Shown: positions 16,043-25,207, counted from the first letter of the stretch. The stretch: DNA of 32,000 bases from Candidatus Saccharimonadota bacterium (GCA_002952755.1 CP025011.1:1230001-1262000); one strand, 5' to 3'. Made by a program: numbers and translations. The notes: generated from the sequence alone by a model not told the origin.

Positions 16043-17756
16043 CCTGCCCTAAGATTATCACAAAATCATCACCTGTGGCTTGGATTGTGTTATCAGGCAA
16101 TCTGGTTGTCGCCTTAACACCGAAACGTTTTTCAAGGTAATTCTTAGTGTATGGTTTTTTGCCAGCAGTGAAGTCAACGAGCACAGTTTTCGTATAGGTG
16201 TGCGCTGGGGCGTCAGCTACGTTAACTACATTATATCCATAGGACTTTAGCTGATCCGATTTGCTCGTTGCTAGTCCGGCGGTATTGGTACCATTCAACA
16301 CGGCCACTGCTCCATTTTCTTTTGCCAAATACGGATCCCTTAGGGTATTACGAATATAATTCTGTATCTGACTATAATCATTAAATCCCGCTGTTGGGCG
16401 AACCACCGATGCGCTGCCTGCAGCGTCGGTCATGACAAAATTGTTTGGCGGGTCGGCTAAACCGACAGATGTTATGCCATTACCCGGAATATTCTTGCTA
16501 ATTTGCATCATCCTCAGGGCATCGTTAATACTGAAGTCAGTTGAGATATGATCACCAAACGCACTCATCAGTTCGGATATTTTAAGGGGATTAGTATACG
16601 TGCCGGCTGTCAGAATCTTACTACTTAAAGCCTGAATAAATAGACGCTGCCGCTCTGTCCGGTCAAAGTCGCCTCTTAGACTTGTATGCCGGGTACGAAC
16701 ATACATGAGAGCACGTAAACCATCGAAATGCTGCTGACCGGCGCCAACACTAAGTACATAGGGTTTGTGCGTATCTTCGTTGTACATGTAGTCGGTAACC
16801 GCCGCCGACTGCGGGACATTAAAGTCGACACCGCCAACCGTATCTACTGCTTGCTGAAATGCATGAAAATCAATAAGCCCATAGTAGTGGATTGGGATAC
16901 CTAGCACATCGGTCACTGTTTGTTTGGCAGCAGCGATGCCAGCATTCTGAGCCTTTTGCGCGTCTTTAGGCGCTGTATTAAGGGATCGATATTTGGCATT
17001 GGCATATACGGCATTGATCTTCATCGATCCATACGTGGGAACAGTAACCCAAAGGTCCCGGGGTATACTGACGAGGTCCGCCGTTTTATTCACAGGATCA
17101 ATGCTCGCAACAAGCAACGTGTCGGTTAGGTCAGGCCCGTCATGACCGTCGCCCCCTTTGCCGAGAAGAAGGACATTAATGCGGCCGTCGCCCTCCCCTT
17201 TCAATAATTCTGGCTTTACATTCGCCTGTAGCGCAACCGCCTTACCACCGCCCTTTAGCACCTTGTGAATTTTCGTAAACGCTTTTATACCTAAGAAGCC
17301 CCCAACGATAAGTATAAGTACCCCCAACACCATCGCTGTACGTACACCCCACTTACGGATAGCATACCAGGTGCCTACTGGAGTTTTAGTCTTTTTACGC
17401 TTACGATTTTTCTTGGCTTTGGCGTCAATCTCACCGCCAGGCAGCGTCATGTGTAAAAGTGAGGCGCTGCTATCGACTTTGCCCTTGGTTTTCTCTTTAC
17501 CACCCAATTGCGCAGTCTGTGGTAAGGTCGTATGGTACCCCTCCGGACGCCTGAAATCATCGACACGACGGCCACTCGTTTTAAGTCCATCCAGATGTAA
17601 CGATTGACGCTTTGCCGTCTGCGACCCCATCTCGGAACGTGCTGATGAGCTCAAAAAACCATCAAGCGCCTGTCGTGGATTACGACCAGAATTCTTCTTA
17701 AAATCGTGCATAGCGATGGGGCTTAGTATAGCGGCTTTCAGCCGGGCCGTAAACAT
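16017..17756 (-). CDS. LCP (LytR-CpsA-Psr) family glycopolymer/phosphotransferase with a long basic cytoplasmic N-terminus and a C-terminal LytR_C-like domain
   Basis: INVLLLGKGGDGHDGPDLTDTLLVASIDPVNKTADLVSIPRDLWV...KINAVYA is the LCP core. One TM (TAMVLGVLILIVGGFLGIKAF) follows ~140 Lys/Arg-rich residues. C-terminal VAVLNGTNTAGLATSKSDQLKSYGYNV. The start is uncertain (17756 or Met at 17711; neither has an SD). Confidence 0.9.
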   Translation of the reverse strand: MFTARLKAAILSPIAMHDFKKNSGRNPRQALDGFLSSSARSEMGSQTAKRQSLHLDGLKTSGRRVDDFRRPEGYHTTLPQTAQLGGKEKTKGKVDSSASLLHMTLPGGEIDAKAKKNRKRKKTKTPVGTWYAIRKWGVRTAMVLGVLILIVGGFLGIKAFTKIHKVLKGGGKAVALQANVKPELLKGEGDGRINVLLLGKGGDGHDGPDLTDTLLVASIDPVNKTADLVSIPRDLWVTVPTYGSMKINAVYANAKYRSLNTAPKDAQKAQNAGIAAAKQTVTDVLGIPIHYYGLIDFHAFQQAVDTVGGVDFNVPQSAAVTDYMYNEDTHKPYVLSVGAGQQHFDGLRALMYVRTRHTSLRGDFDRTERQRLFIQALSSKILTAGTYTNPLKISELMSAFGDHISTDFSINDALRMMQISKNIPGNGITSVGLADPPNNFVMTDAAGSASVVRPTAGFNDYSQIQNYIRNTLRDPYLAKENGAVAVLNGTNTAGLATSKSDQLKSYGYNVVNVADAPAHTYTKTVLVDFTAGKKPYTKNYLEKRFGVKATTRLPDNTIQATGDDFVIILGQDATTSSQN

Positions 17757-17809
17757 ATGCGATATGTAATTTACGGTGAGACTAATCGTGCTGCGGCATT
17801 TCCGCGAGC

Positions 17810-20800
17810 CTAGTTGCGCGCAGCAAATTGCGCCTGTAGGTCGATGTAGTCTAGGTAGACCGATACACTTGTGGTTCCGATCGTTTTAGCGAGGCTATTT
17901 TGAAACGTCGTATTCCGGCCGGCACCTGTTGGAATATTGGAAGTCACCTGGCAATCGTCCACCCCATTGACGTAGAAATCGGCTGACGTACCAGTCGTAT
18001 TTACTGCCACAGTCAGTCTATACCAAGTGCCAGCAGACACGGCAATAGTAGTATCGCAGGTTGTCGAAGAACTATTGCTATTACAAACTCCTTGCCACTT
18101 ACCGCCATTGACGTTATCACTATATTTAAAGTAGCAGCCATCTGCTCCATCAATGTTGCCTAAATTATTGGCATCGTCAAAGCCAGCACGATAAATAAAG
18201 CGCTGCGTACCGGTTGAAAGTACGGGGATCTTGACGTCTGTCTCATAGCGCCAATAGTCTCCGTTGCCAAGCAAGATACTGCTTTCATTCCGATCTGAGG
18301 AACTCACTAGACTAGCGCCGGCTGCAGTCGTGCCTGTTTCTTGCTCTACAATTCCCGGGTGGCCGGTCGCGCCCGCCTGCGTGCCGTCATCATTAACTGC
18401 ATTTGTACCTGAGACAGCAAAGGTAAAGTAAGCATCGTTTGTGGCACTAATCATCTCATTGGTTATGTTCCAGTCAGAATTTGCGCTCGCTATGCAGTCT
18501 CGCCAAAAGCCAGCCTCACGGCAACGGAATTTATTAAGGCTAGAATTGTAGTACATTGCACCATCGACACCAGTTGGATCGCCGGTATTAGTCTTGTTAC
18601 CCAGGACGAGAATTGTACCCGTAGTATCCCCTGCGGACGGGCCGATAATGATTTTATCGTTGGCAGTGTCCACAGTTAAATAGTTAACGGAGCTTGAGTT
18701 TTGAACTATGAACGCCGTTGCCGAGTTGGTGTTAGTATGGACTTTCGTGCCTGCAGTAGATGCATTGGTAGTAAGATTGATATTCCCTGTGCCGCCCTGA
18801 ATAGTGGTAGCACTAGAACCGTTAGTGCTGCCGATAGTAACTGTATCTACGCCCGCCCCCGTGGCACTGCTAGCGATATTGACAGTTTGAGTGTTGGTCG
18901 TTGCCGCATCGCCGATGCTGATTGTGTTCGACGATGTTGATCGCCCTATGGTAATGGCTCCTGTTTGCGACGTGCCGCCCAGTGTCGTTGTCCCCGTTGT
19001 CGATCCGCTGCCAAATAACAGATTTTCATTGAAAAGAGATCCTAAGGATAGGGTACCACTCGCTTGGGCGTCAATCTGTACAGCAGATGCGCCGTTACCA
19101 CCTTGGATGCTCGTCGTTGAAGAAGAGCCTGATGATCCAATAGCTATGGTTTGAGTAGCAATAACATTGCCGATATTAATAGTGCCGCCCGAGCTGCCGC
19201 CTTTTATATTGACCGTCGTACTGTTTGCGATCGCACTACCAATATTGATAGTCTCGGAGTTCGAACCATTACCAAGATTCAAGCCGCCTGACGAACCGCC
19301 GAGAATGGTCGTGACGTCTCCCGAGTTGTCCGAGCCGATATTGACGGTCTGAGTACCGCTCGAGTCTGTGGCTATATTGACCGTGGAACTTCGGAGGCCG
19401 TTTTGCGCACCGATGTTGACGGTACCGGCATTCGACGTGCCTACATTTACGGTGCCAGTTCCGCCGGTATCCAGAAGGAGAGTGTTAGTACTCGCCGCCT
19501 GAATAGTAAGGTTGCCCGCGCTTGTCGACCATGTCGAGGCCGCACCTGCTGTAATCGTGACGCCATTCCCTTGAATGACGGTCGTGCCGGTTGCATTCGG
19601 GCCCGAACCAATGTTAACTGCCGATCCGCCACCAGCCGTGTTGGTGTAGCCAATATTAATTGTTGCCGTGCCGGAATTTTGAGCTGTGCTACCAATGTTA
19701 GTAACCGTATTAGCGTTGGGCGAAGTCTCAATATTGGTCGTCGTGCCGTTAAAGGCTGAACCAGTGCCTCCAGTCGAACCTCCCGTCGAACCAAGGTTAA
19801 TATATCCGCCACTAGAGTCCACTGCAAAAAGCGTGTTGCCTGCACTGTTCTCGATCTGAACAGTTGTCGTAGAGTCAGTGGTTGGTTTTTCAAAAAACTG
19901 TCCCTGGATAGCAAAGCCAAAGACAACAGCTCCTAACCCTGATGCATTTTGTGCTCTTAGGCTCAAGAAGTTACCGCCACCAAGGCCGCCGTTTGCATCC
20001 TGAATATTTATATCATTGACTGCGCTGCTAAGCTTGATGGTTGTATTAGCGCCACCGGCTGAGGCGTTGTAGGCGGTCTGCAGCGAGCAACCGCTTGCGC
20101 TGTTGTCTGTACAGATGTTTGCGTTAGCATTAACAGCTGGCAAAGTAAGCGCGAAGTTGCCGGTATTTGGTGTCGTGGGACCCTGTAATGTCAGGGTACC
20201 CGTACCACCTGATCCTTTGAAGACGATGGCGCCTGTATTAGATGAGGCCGTACCAAGCGTCAGTGCATTATTATTGGTAAAGATGCCTGTGCCACCCTGA
20301 ATGGCTGCAGTTGTGGTGATCGTATTGCCCGTCGATATCGTGCCAAAACCGGAAGCAATAGAGCCAGTCGAAAGAGCGCCAACTTTTTGCAAATTACTGT
20401 AGGTAGCTGACGAATCGATTGCAGCATTCTGCAATAGTCCAGTCCCAGATAACAGCGTCGTACCGTTATAGCTCAACAGGCTACTAAAACCAGTGCCGAA
20501 TGCAATGCCATTAAAGGTGTTGTTGGTAGCAGCCGATACACTTCCGAAGCTTAAGCCAGTGATCGTGTTCGAACCGGAAGCGTTATTTGTGCCTGCGAGA
20601 TTAATTGCAACACCCTGTAAGGTTGTCGTGCCACTGCCGGCGCTATCTGTAACTGCAAAGGTGCTCGCGCTGCCGCTGGTTACGTTCAATGTTTGTGTAA
20701 ATAGCTCGCCGATGCCAACGGTCGTACCATTATCAGTAATGCCCGAGTTGCCAAGCGTCTGGGAACCGGTAAACTTGGCGATTGTATTATTCGTACCGCC

Positions 20801-23800
20801 GGCAGTAGTCACTCCGCCGCCGCTGCCGGCACAGTTACCAGAATCAGTGCAAATAATTCCACTAGCGTCAGGTAGGGTCAGCGTTCTGTTGGCGGTTGGT
20901 GTGCCAGGCACAATTGTTACTGTGTTGCCATTCGAAGCATTATTAAATACCAACGTACCATCTAAGGTGCTAGCTTTCCCTAAAATGAGCGAGTGTCCTG
21001 ATGTGCTGACCGTCAGAACAGTATTGCCAAGTGCGTTCTGTACATTGAATGCATTGGTTGAATCGCTGCCATTTTCGAAAGCTACGGTGGCGCCGGTAAA
21101 TGTTTGGCTGGCGTTCAATTTTGCCAGATTACTATCGTTACTCAGATTCGCCGAGGATATCTGCGTACCATTAATTTCGTACACATGGCCAGATGTAAGG
21201 TTGAAGTGGCCGCTTGCAGTGAGGACGCCGCCGGATTGGGCAAGGAGTGAATCACCAATTACCTGCGAACCGGTAAAGACCGGCAGCGTACCGATGGTAC
21301 CGCCCGCAGTGGTAACACCCCCACCAGCGCTAGAACAGTTACCAATAGTCGTACAGATAGTATACGTCCCTGCTGTTGCCGCGCGGTCGAAGTTGTATGT
21401 TACCGCACCAACGGGAGTCCCCGAAAAGCCTACTGTTGTTGTGAAACCGCCACCAGTAGCAGTAAACGTAGAGCTGGCGTTGCCTTGCAACGTCAGTGTT
21501 TGCCCCGTTGCGCCAACAGTAAGTGAACCGCCTGGCGTTATGCTTAATGCGCTCCCAGAGCTCAGCGTACTGCCATTAACTGTCAGATTGCCGCTGAATG
21601 TCGCATCACCGGCGGCTGCAATAGCCAAACGAGTAAGTCCATTTGTGCGGATATTGAGGGCGTTATTATCGTTCGTGCCCAACACGCCAGCGGCGCTAAA
21701 ACTATTACCATTCTGAACAAAGGCAGAACCGCTACCTGTCGCGAACCCACAGTTTGAGCTGTTATTAAGGCAAACAGTGCCCGTACTATCTGGCAGCGTA
21801 ATGGTCCGCGCCGCAGTAGCTGTGCCAGTAATAGTAAAATTATTTGTCCCTGGCGTTAGCGAACTGCCTGCAATATACAAATTGCGGAATGGCGTTGAAC
21901 TTGCGCCAAGATCTACTGTGGTGCTGCCAGGTAATAGCGACGTGTTAATTGCTACTGAACTTAGATTAGAAAGCGCCGTGTTGGCACCACCGCCACCACC
22001 GCCCAAGCAGTTTCCACTGCTCAAACAAACAGTACCGCTGGCATCTGGTAGCGTATATGTCTGTGCGCCCGTCAACGCACCTTGGACTAATGTTCCGCTA
22101 AAATTCGCTGCACCATAGGCTAACACCAAAGATCCCGTCTGGCTATTAGCAATGCCCAGAGTGGCGCTACCGCCCTGAACTACCAGGTTCACGCTCGTCG
22201 TAACAGTTGTACCCGTGTCGCTAATGGTAGAATTGCCAATCGTACCGCCAGTGCTGGTAAACTTTGCCAAACGATTGTTCGTACCCGAGCCCGTAACTCC
22301 GCCACCGCTTCCTGCGCAGTTGCCACTAGTTAGACAAATGGTCGCAGTGCCGGCGCCAGGATCCGGTAATGTGTACACTGTGTTCTGTCCGAGAGCCGCC
22401 GTCACTATATTGCCGGTGTGCGTAGCACCGTCATTGAGCGACAGCGTACCAGCTTGGGCATTCGTTCCAAGGGTAATGGTACCGCCTTGCAAATTTGCGT
22501 TGCCACTTGCGGTAAGCGCAACTATATTAATTAGGTTGCCACTATTATCTACCCTAGTAACTCCACTGGTTTGCAGCGCCCCACCAGAAGAATTGATATT
22601 CCCGGAACCCGAATATGTAGTACCTCCAGAAATGGCACCAGACAGTGTAACATTGCCGATATTCAGCGCATTGCCACTATTATCTATCCTCGTAGTTGAG
22701 TTAGTCTGGATCGCTCCGCCTGTAGTGTTGATCGTGCCCGAGCCTGTATAGGTTGTACCCCCAGAAATAGATCCAGCTAATGACATGCTGCCGATGTTAG
22801 CCAGATTACCGGCGTTGTCTACGCGCGTAATACTGTTGGTCTGGAGTGTACCGCCGCTGCTATTAACAGTACCGCTGGCTGTAAAGCTACCCGTGACGCT
22901 TGCACCGCTAGTGGTAACAGCTAGGTAGGTCGTAGAACCAGCATTGTTTTGTACTTCAAATAAATTAGCACCAATAGGCGTAGCATTATCACGCACCGTT
23001 AGTGCCCCCCTGGTTGCATCAAGCGTAATCTCAGGACTCGTAGAGTTGTTATAGGCAGACTGGAGGGTAACCGCTGCACCTGCACAGTTGCCTATGCTCA
23101 AACAAACAGTACCCGAAGCATCGGGCAATGTGATAGTTCGATTGCCACTTACGGCTGCCGATATTAGTGCAACAGTATTTGCATTGCTGGCGTTATCAAA
23201 TAAAAGCTGGCCGGCTTGGGTACCAGCTTGCCCTAATTCAACGTCTCCAACCGAAGTATTAATACTAAATAAGCCAGCTCCGCCAGCATTCTGGACTGCA
23301 AAAGCCAGTGCGGAATCTGCCGTATTCTTAAATGTATTGGTAGCGCCGGTAAATGTTTGGCTGGCGTTCAATTTTGCTAAATTGCTGTCATTACTTAAAT
23401 TGGCAGATGTTATTTGTGAGCCATTCACTTGAAATAGATGACCACTGGTTAGATTGAGATTGCCATTGCTCGTCAGGACGCCGCCGGATTGGGAAAGAAG
23501 TGAATCTCCAACCGTTTGCGCCCCAGTAAAGACGGGCAACGTACCAGTTGTACCGCTGCCGGAGACCGTGCCGCCTAGCCCAACACAATTGCCAAATGTC
23601 GTACAAACGTCAAACGTACCGCCGCTAGTAGTAGCAAAACGATATGTTGTGTTGGCAGTCGGGGTCTGAAAATTAAGTGTCGTAGAAAGAGCCCCGCTTG
23701 TAGCGCTTATAAGGCTCCCTGCCGCTCCCTGCAAAGTAAAGTTTTGTGTGGCAGAACCAACCGTTAATGCCGCACTAGGCGTAATAGTATTTGTGTTCAC

Positions 23801-25132
23801 GCCTGCAAACGTCGGTGAAGCTGCGGTGTTAATATTCTGAACGGTATTTACTACGCCGCTTAAAACTGAAAAATTGGTAGCACTAAAGCTCGCGATACCC
23901 TTGCTTCCAGTTGTAGCATCATTAATGGTAACCGCCGATCCTGATCCGGTAGAGTTGGCAATCGTTAGAGCCCCTGTCAACCCGTCTAACGACGTTACGC
24001 CACCCCCACCAGAACATGAGGCAAACGCCGGTGTCCCGGCCGTAGAAACCAAACACAAACCAGCGCTAGCCGCAGTTACTGAATTGATTACTCCTGCCCC
24101 ATTACCTACAAGCACGCCATTCGCCGCAAGCGTATTCGCTCCCGTTCCTCCGTTTGTCACGCCGAGCGGCGTACCGAGCGTGGCGCCGCCTGAAACATTC
24201 AAGTCACCTGTTACCGTGACCGTAGTGCCACTTTGGCTAATCACCGAATCACCAATAGCTTGGGCTCCCGTAAATAGAGCGACTTGTCCGGCCGTACCGC
24301 CAGTACTCGACACCGTACCCGTTCCAGCTCCCACGCTACTAATTGTCAAATTTCCATTTGCATCACTCGCGATCTGTAAGTTTGTCGTGCCCGCCGTCAA
24401 GCTTAGGATGCTGGCATTTTGCAATGTAGCGCCATTCATCTTTAGACCACTGCCGACACTAATTGCCCCGCTCTGGCCGCCAAACGACACAACTCCTGCG
24501 TTTGCCAGCTGATTACCCACCACACTCAGGCCACCGCCCAAAGTAACATCCCCGCTTAAACCTCCCACAGTTTGGACCACTGTGCCTGATGCGCTGAGCG
24601 GGACGAAAGCCGTACCATTGTAATACGCGAGTTCGTTTGTATTTTGGTCATAATAGATTTGGCCGGCCTTTGGTGCGTTCGGTTGTACCGAAGGCGCAAC
24701 GACCAATCCGTCATTCAGTCTCATCGCGCCGTTTACGACCACACTGCTTGTGCCAAAATTAACCCCTTGCTCATTCACCACAAAACCGCTCAGAGGAATC
24801 TGAACGGAACTATACTGGTTCTGGATATTATTGTTAGCAGATTGTGTCGGCCGTTTGTGCGTATTAGCAACAACCAGACCAATGAGACCCAAACAGAGCA
24901 ATACAACCAATACGATATCAGCGCGACGCAACGCTTGTACAATTCGCTGAGTCCGGGTCTTAGGTTTCACAATCGGCACGGCTGGAGATGGCCGCGACAG
25001 AGAATCGGGGTCAAGAGATAATCCCTCTAGACCTAATAAGCTAGTTGCCGGAGTAGGGCTTGAAATCGTTGGAGACTGTCCCACACCATCGCCAGCAAAC
25101 GCAACACCGGTATTTTGGTCTTGGTTTTCCAC
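17810..25132 (-). CDS. Giant (2,440 aa) N-terminally membrane-anchored, Gly/Thr/Ser/Asn-rich modular fibre/adhesin-like surface protein with a LamG/ConA-like C-terminal domain
   Basis: Uninterrupted 7.3-kb ORF with a GTG start in the track. Single TM at aa 73-89 (nt 24866-24916). Repeated TLPD-x-SGT-x-C-x5-7-C modules. C-terminal 227 aa with GTWYRLTVAVNTTGTSADFYVNG. No C-terminal sorting signal. Confidence 0.9.
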   Translation of the reverse strand: MENQDQNTGVAFAGDGVGQSPTISSPTPATSLLGLEGLSLDPDSLSRPSPAVPIVKPKTRTQRIVQALRRADIVLVVLLCLGLIGLVVANTHKRPTQSANNNIQNQYSSVQIPLSGFVVNEQGVNFGTSSVVVNGAMRLNDGLVVAPSVQPNAPKAGQIYYDQNTNELAYYNGTAFVPLSASGTVVQTVGGLSGDVTLGGGLSVVGNQLANAGVVSFGGQSGAISVGSGLKMNGATLQNASILSLTAGTTNLQIASDANGNLTISSVGAGTGTVSSTGGTAGQVALFTGAQAIGDSVISQSGTTVTVTGDLNVSGGATLGTPLGVTNGGTGANTLAANGVLVGNGAGVINSVTAASAGLCLVSTAGTPAFASCSGGGGVTSLDGLTGALTIANSTGSGSAVTINDATTGSKGIASFSATNFSVLSGVVNTVQNINTAASPTFAGVNTNTITPSAALTVGSATQNFTLQGAAGSLISATSGALSTTLNFQTPTANTTYRFATTSGGTFDVCTTFGNCVGLGGTVSGSGTTGTLPVFTGAQTVGDSLLSQSGGVLTSNGNLNLTSGHLFQVNGSQITSANLSNDSNLAKLNASQTFTGATNTFKNTADSALAFAVQNAGGAGLFSINTSVGDVELGQAGTQAGQLLFDNASNANTVALISAAVSGNRTITLPDASGTVCLSIGNCAGAAVTLQSAYNNSTSPEITLDATRGALTVRDNATPIGANLFEVQNNAGSTTYLAVTTSGASVTGSFTASGTVNSSGGTLQTNSITRVDNAGNLANIGSMSLAGSISGGTTYTGSGTINTTGGAIQTNSTTRIDNSGNALNIGNVTLSGAISGGTTYSGSGNINSSGGALQTSGVTRVDNSGNLINIVALTASGNANLQGGTITLGTNAQAGTLSLNDGATHTGNIVTAALGQNTVYTLPDPGAGTATICLTSGNCAGSGGGVTGSGTNNRLAKFTSTGGTIGNSTISDTGTTVTTSVNLVVQGGSATLGIANSQTGSLVLAYGAANFSGTLVQGALTGAQTYTLPDASGTVCLSSGNCLGGGGGGANTALSNLSSVAINTSLLPGSTTVDLGASSTPFRNLYIAGSSLTPGTNNFTITGTATAARTITLPDSTGTVCLNNSSNCGFATGSGSAFVQNGNSFSAAGVLGTNDNNALNIRTNGLTRLAIAAAGDATFSGNLTVNGSTLSSGSALSITPGGSLTVGATGQTLTLQGNASSTFTATGGGFTTTVGFSGTPVGAVTYNFDRAATAGTYTICTTIGNCSSAGGGVTTAGGTIGTLPVFTGSQVIGDSLLAQSGGVLTASGHFNLTSGHVYEINGTQISSANLSNDSNLAKLNASQTFTGATVAFENGSDSTNAFNVQNALGNTVLTVSTSGHSLILGKASTLDGTLVFNNASNGNTVTIVPGTPTANRTLTLPDASGIICTDSGNCAGSGGGVTTAGGTNNTIAKFTGSQTLGNSGITDNGTTVGIGELFTQTLNVTSGSASTFAVTDSAGSGTTTLQGVAINLAGTNNASGSNTITGLSFGSVSAATNNTFNGIAFGTGFSSLLSYNGTTLLSGTGLLQNAAIDSSATYSNLQKVGALSTGSIASGFGTISTGNTITTTAAIQGGTGIFTNNNALTLGTASSNTGAIVFKGSGGTGTLTLQGPTTPNTGNFALTLPAVNANANICTDNSASGCSLQTAYNASAGGANTTIKLSSAVNDINIQDANGGLGGGNFLSLRAQNASGLGAVVFGFAIQGQFFEKPTTDSTTTVQIENSAGNTLFAVDSSGGYINLGSTGGSTGGTGSAFNGTTTNIETSPNANTVTNIGSTAQNSGTATINIGYTNTAGGGSAVNIGSGPNATGTTVIQGNGVTITAGAASTWSTSAGNLTIQAASTNTLLLDTGGTGTVNVGTSNAGTVNIGAQNGLRSSTVNIATDSSGTQTVNIGSDNSGDVTTILGGSSGGLNLGNGSNSETINIGSAIANSTTVNIKGGSSGGTINIGNVIATQTIAIGSSGSSSTTSIQGGNGASAVQIDAQASGTLSLGSLFNENLLFGSGSTTGTTTLGGTSQTGAITIGRSTSSNTISIGDAATTNTQTVNIASSATGAGVDTVTIGSTNGSSATTIQGGTGNINLTTNASTAGTKVHTNTNSATAFIVQNSSSVNYLTVDTANDKIIIGPSAGDTTGTILVLGNKTNTGDPTGVDGAMYYNSSLNKFRCREAGFWRDCIASANSDWNITNEMISATNDAYFTFAVSGTNAVNDDGTQAGATGHPGIVEQETGTTAAGASLVSSSDRNESSILLGNGDYWRYETDVKIPVLSTGTQRFIYRAGFDDANNLGNIDGADGCYFKYSDNVNGGKWQGVCNSNSSSTTCDTTIAVSAGTWYRLTVAVNTTGTSADFYVNGVDDCQVTSNIPTGAGRNTTFQNSLAKTIGTTSVSVYLDYIDLQAQFAARN
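20825..21545 (-). repeat. Internal ~240-aa module, copy B (paralogous to 23071-23790)
   Basis: Encodes SITPGGSLTVGATGQTLTLQG...GTLPVFTGSQVIGDSLLAQSGGVLT...ANLSNDSNLAKLNASQTFTGAT...RTLTLPDASGIICTDSGNCAG. A 35-nt run at 21090-21124 is identical to 23343-23377. Confidence 0.85.
22505..22900 (-). repeat. Three tandem 135-nt (45-aa) coding repeats inside the giant gene
   Basis: Units: ...SGTVNSSGGTLQTNSITRVDNAGNLANIGSMSLAG / SISGGTTYTGSGTINTTGGAIQTNSTTRIDNSGNALNIGNVTLSG / AISGGTTYSGSGNINSSGGALQTSGVTRVDNSGNLINIVALTASG. TTGCCACTATTATCTA recurs at 22536 and 22671. Confidence 0.85.
23071..23790 (-). repeat. Internal ~240-aa module, copy A (paralogous to 20825-21545)
   Basis: Encodes TITPSAALTVGSATQNFTLQG...GTLPVFTGAQTVGDSLLSQSGGVLT...ANLSNDSNLAKLNASQTFTGAT...RTITLPDASGTVCLSIGNCAG. 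The offset to copy B is 2,253 nt over most of its length. Confidence 0.85.
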
Positions 25133-25178
25133 GATTGTTTTTGTTTTTCTCTCATTACAGAGAGTTCTCCCTAATAGT

Positions 25179-25207
25179 ATCGTACGTGCTTATGTTTTCC
25201 TTGACAA
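25179..25207 (-). promoter_or_regulatory. Possible internal promoter in front of the giant gene
   Basis: Minus strand TTGTCA (25202-25207), 17 nt spacer, TACGAT (25179-25184), inside the 114-nt gap between the 284-aa gene and the giant gene. Confidence 0.35.

Noticed and set aside
22505-22900. Regularly spaced repeats considered as a CRISPR array or non-coding satellite
   Set aside because: The repeats are in-frame 135-nt coding units of an intact ORF. They lack the short-repeat plus unique-spacer organisation, and no cas genes are present.
18701-24512. Many long plus-strand ORFs antisense to the giant gene (e.g. 20493..21716, 407 aa; 23874..24512, 212 aa; 22215..22751, 178 aa), all Pro/Val/Ala/Leu-rich
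   Set aside because: They mirror the Gly/Thr/Ser/Ala/Asn codon bias of the sense strand. The reverse complements of GGN, ACN, GCN and AGC give NCC, NGT, NGC and GCT, and stops are rare. They have no RBS or start context and no independent domain signatures. The 2,440-aa sense ORF explains the region.
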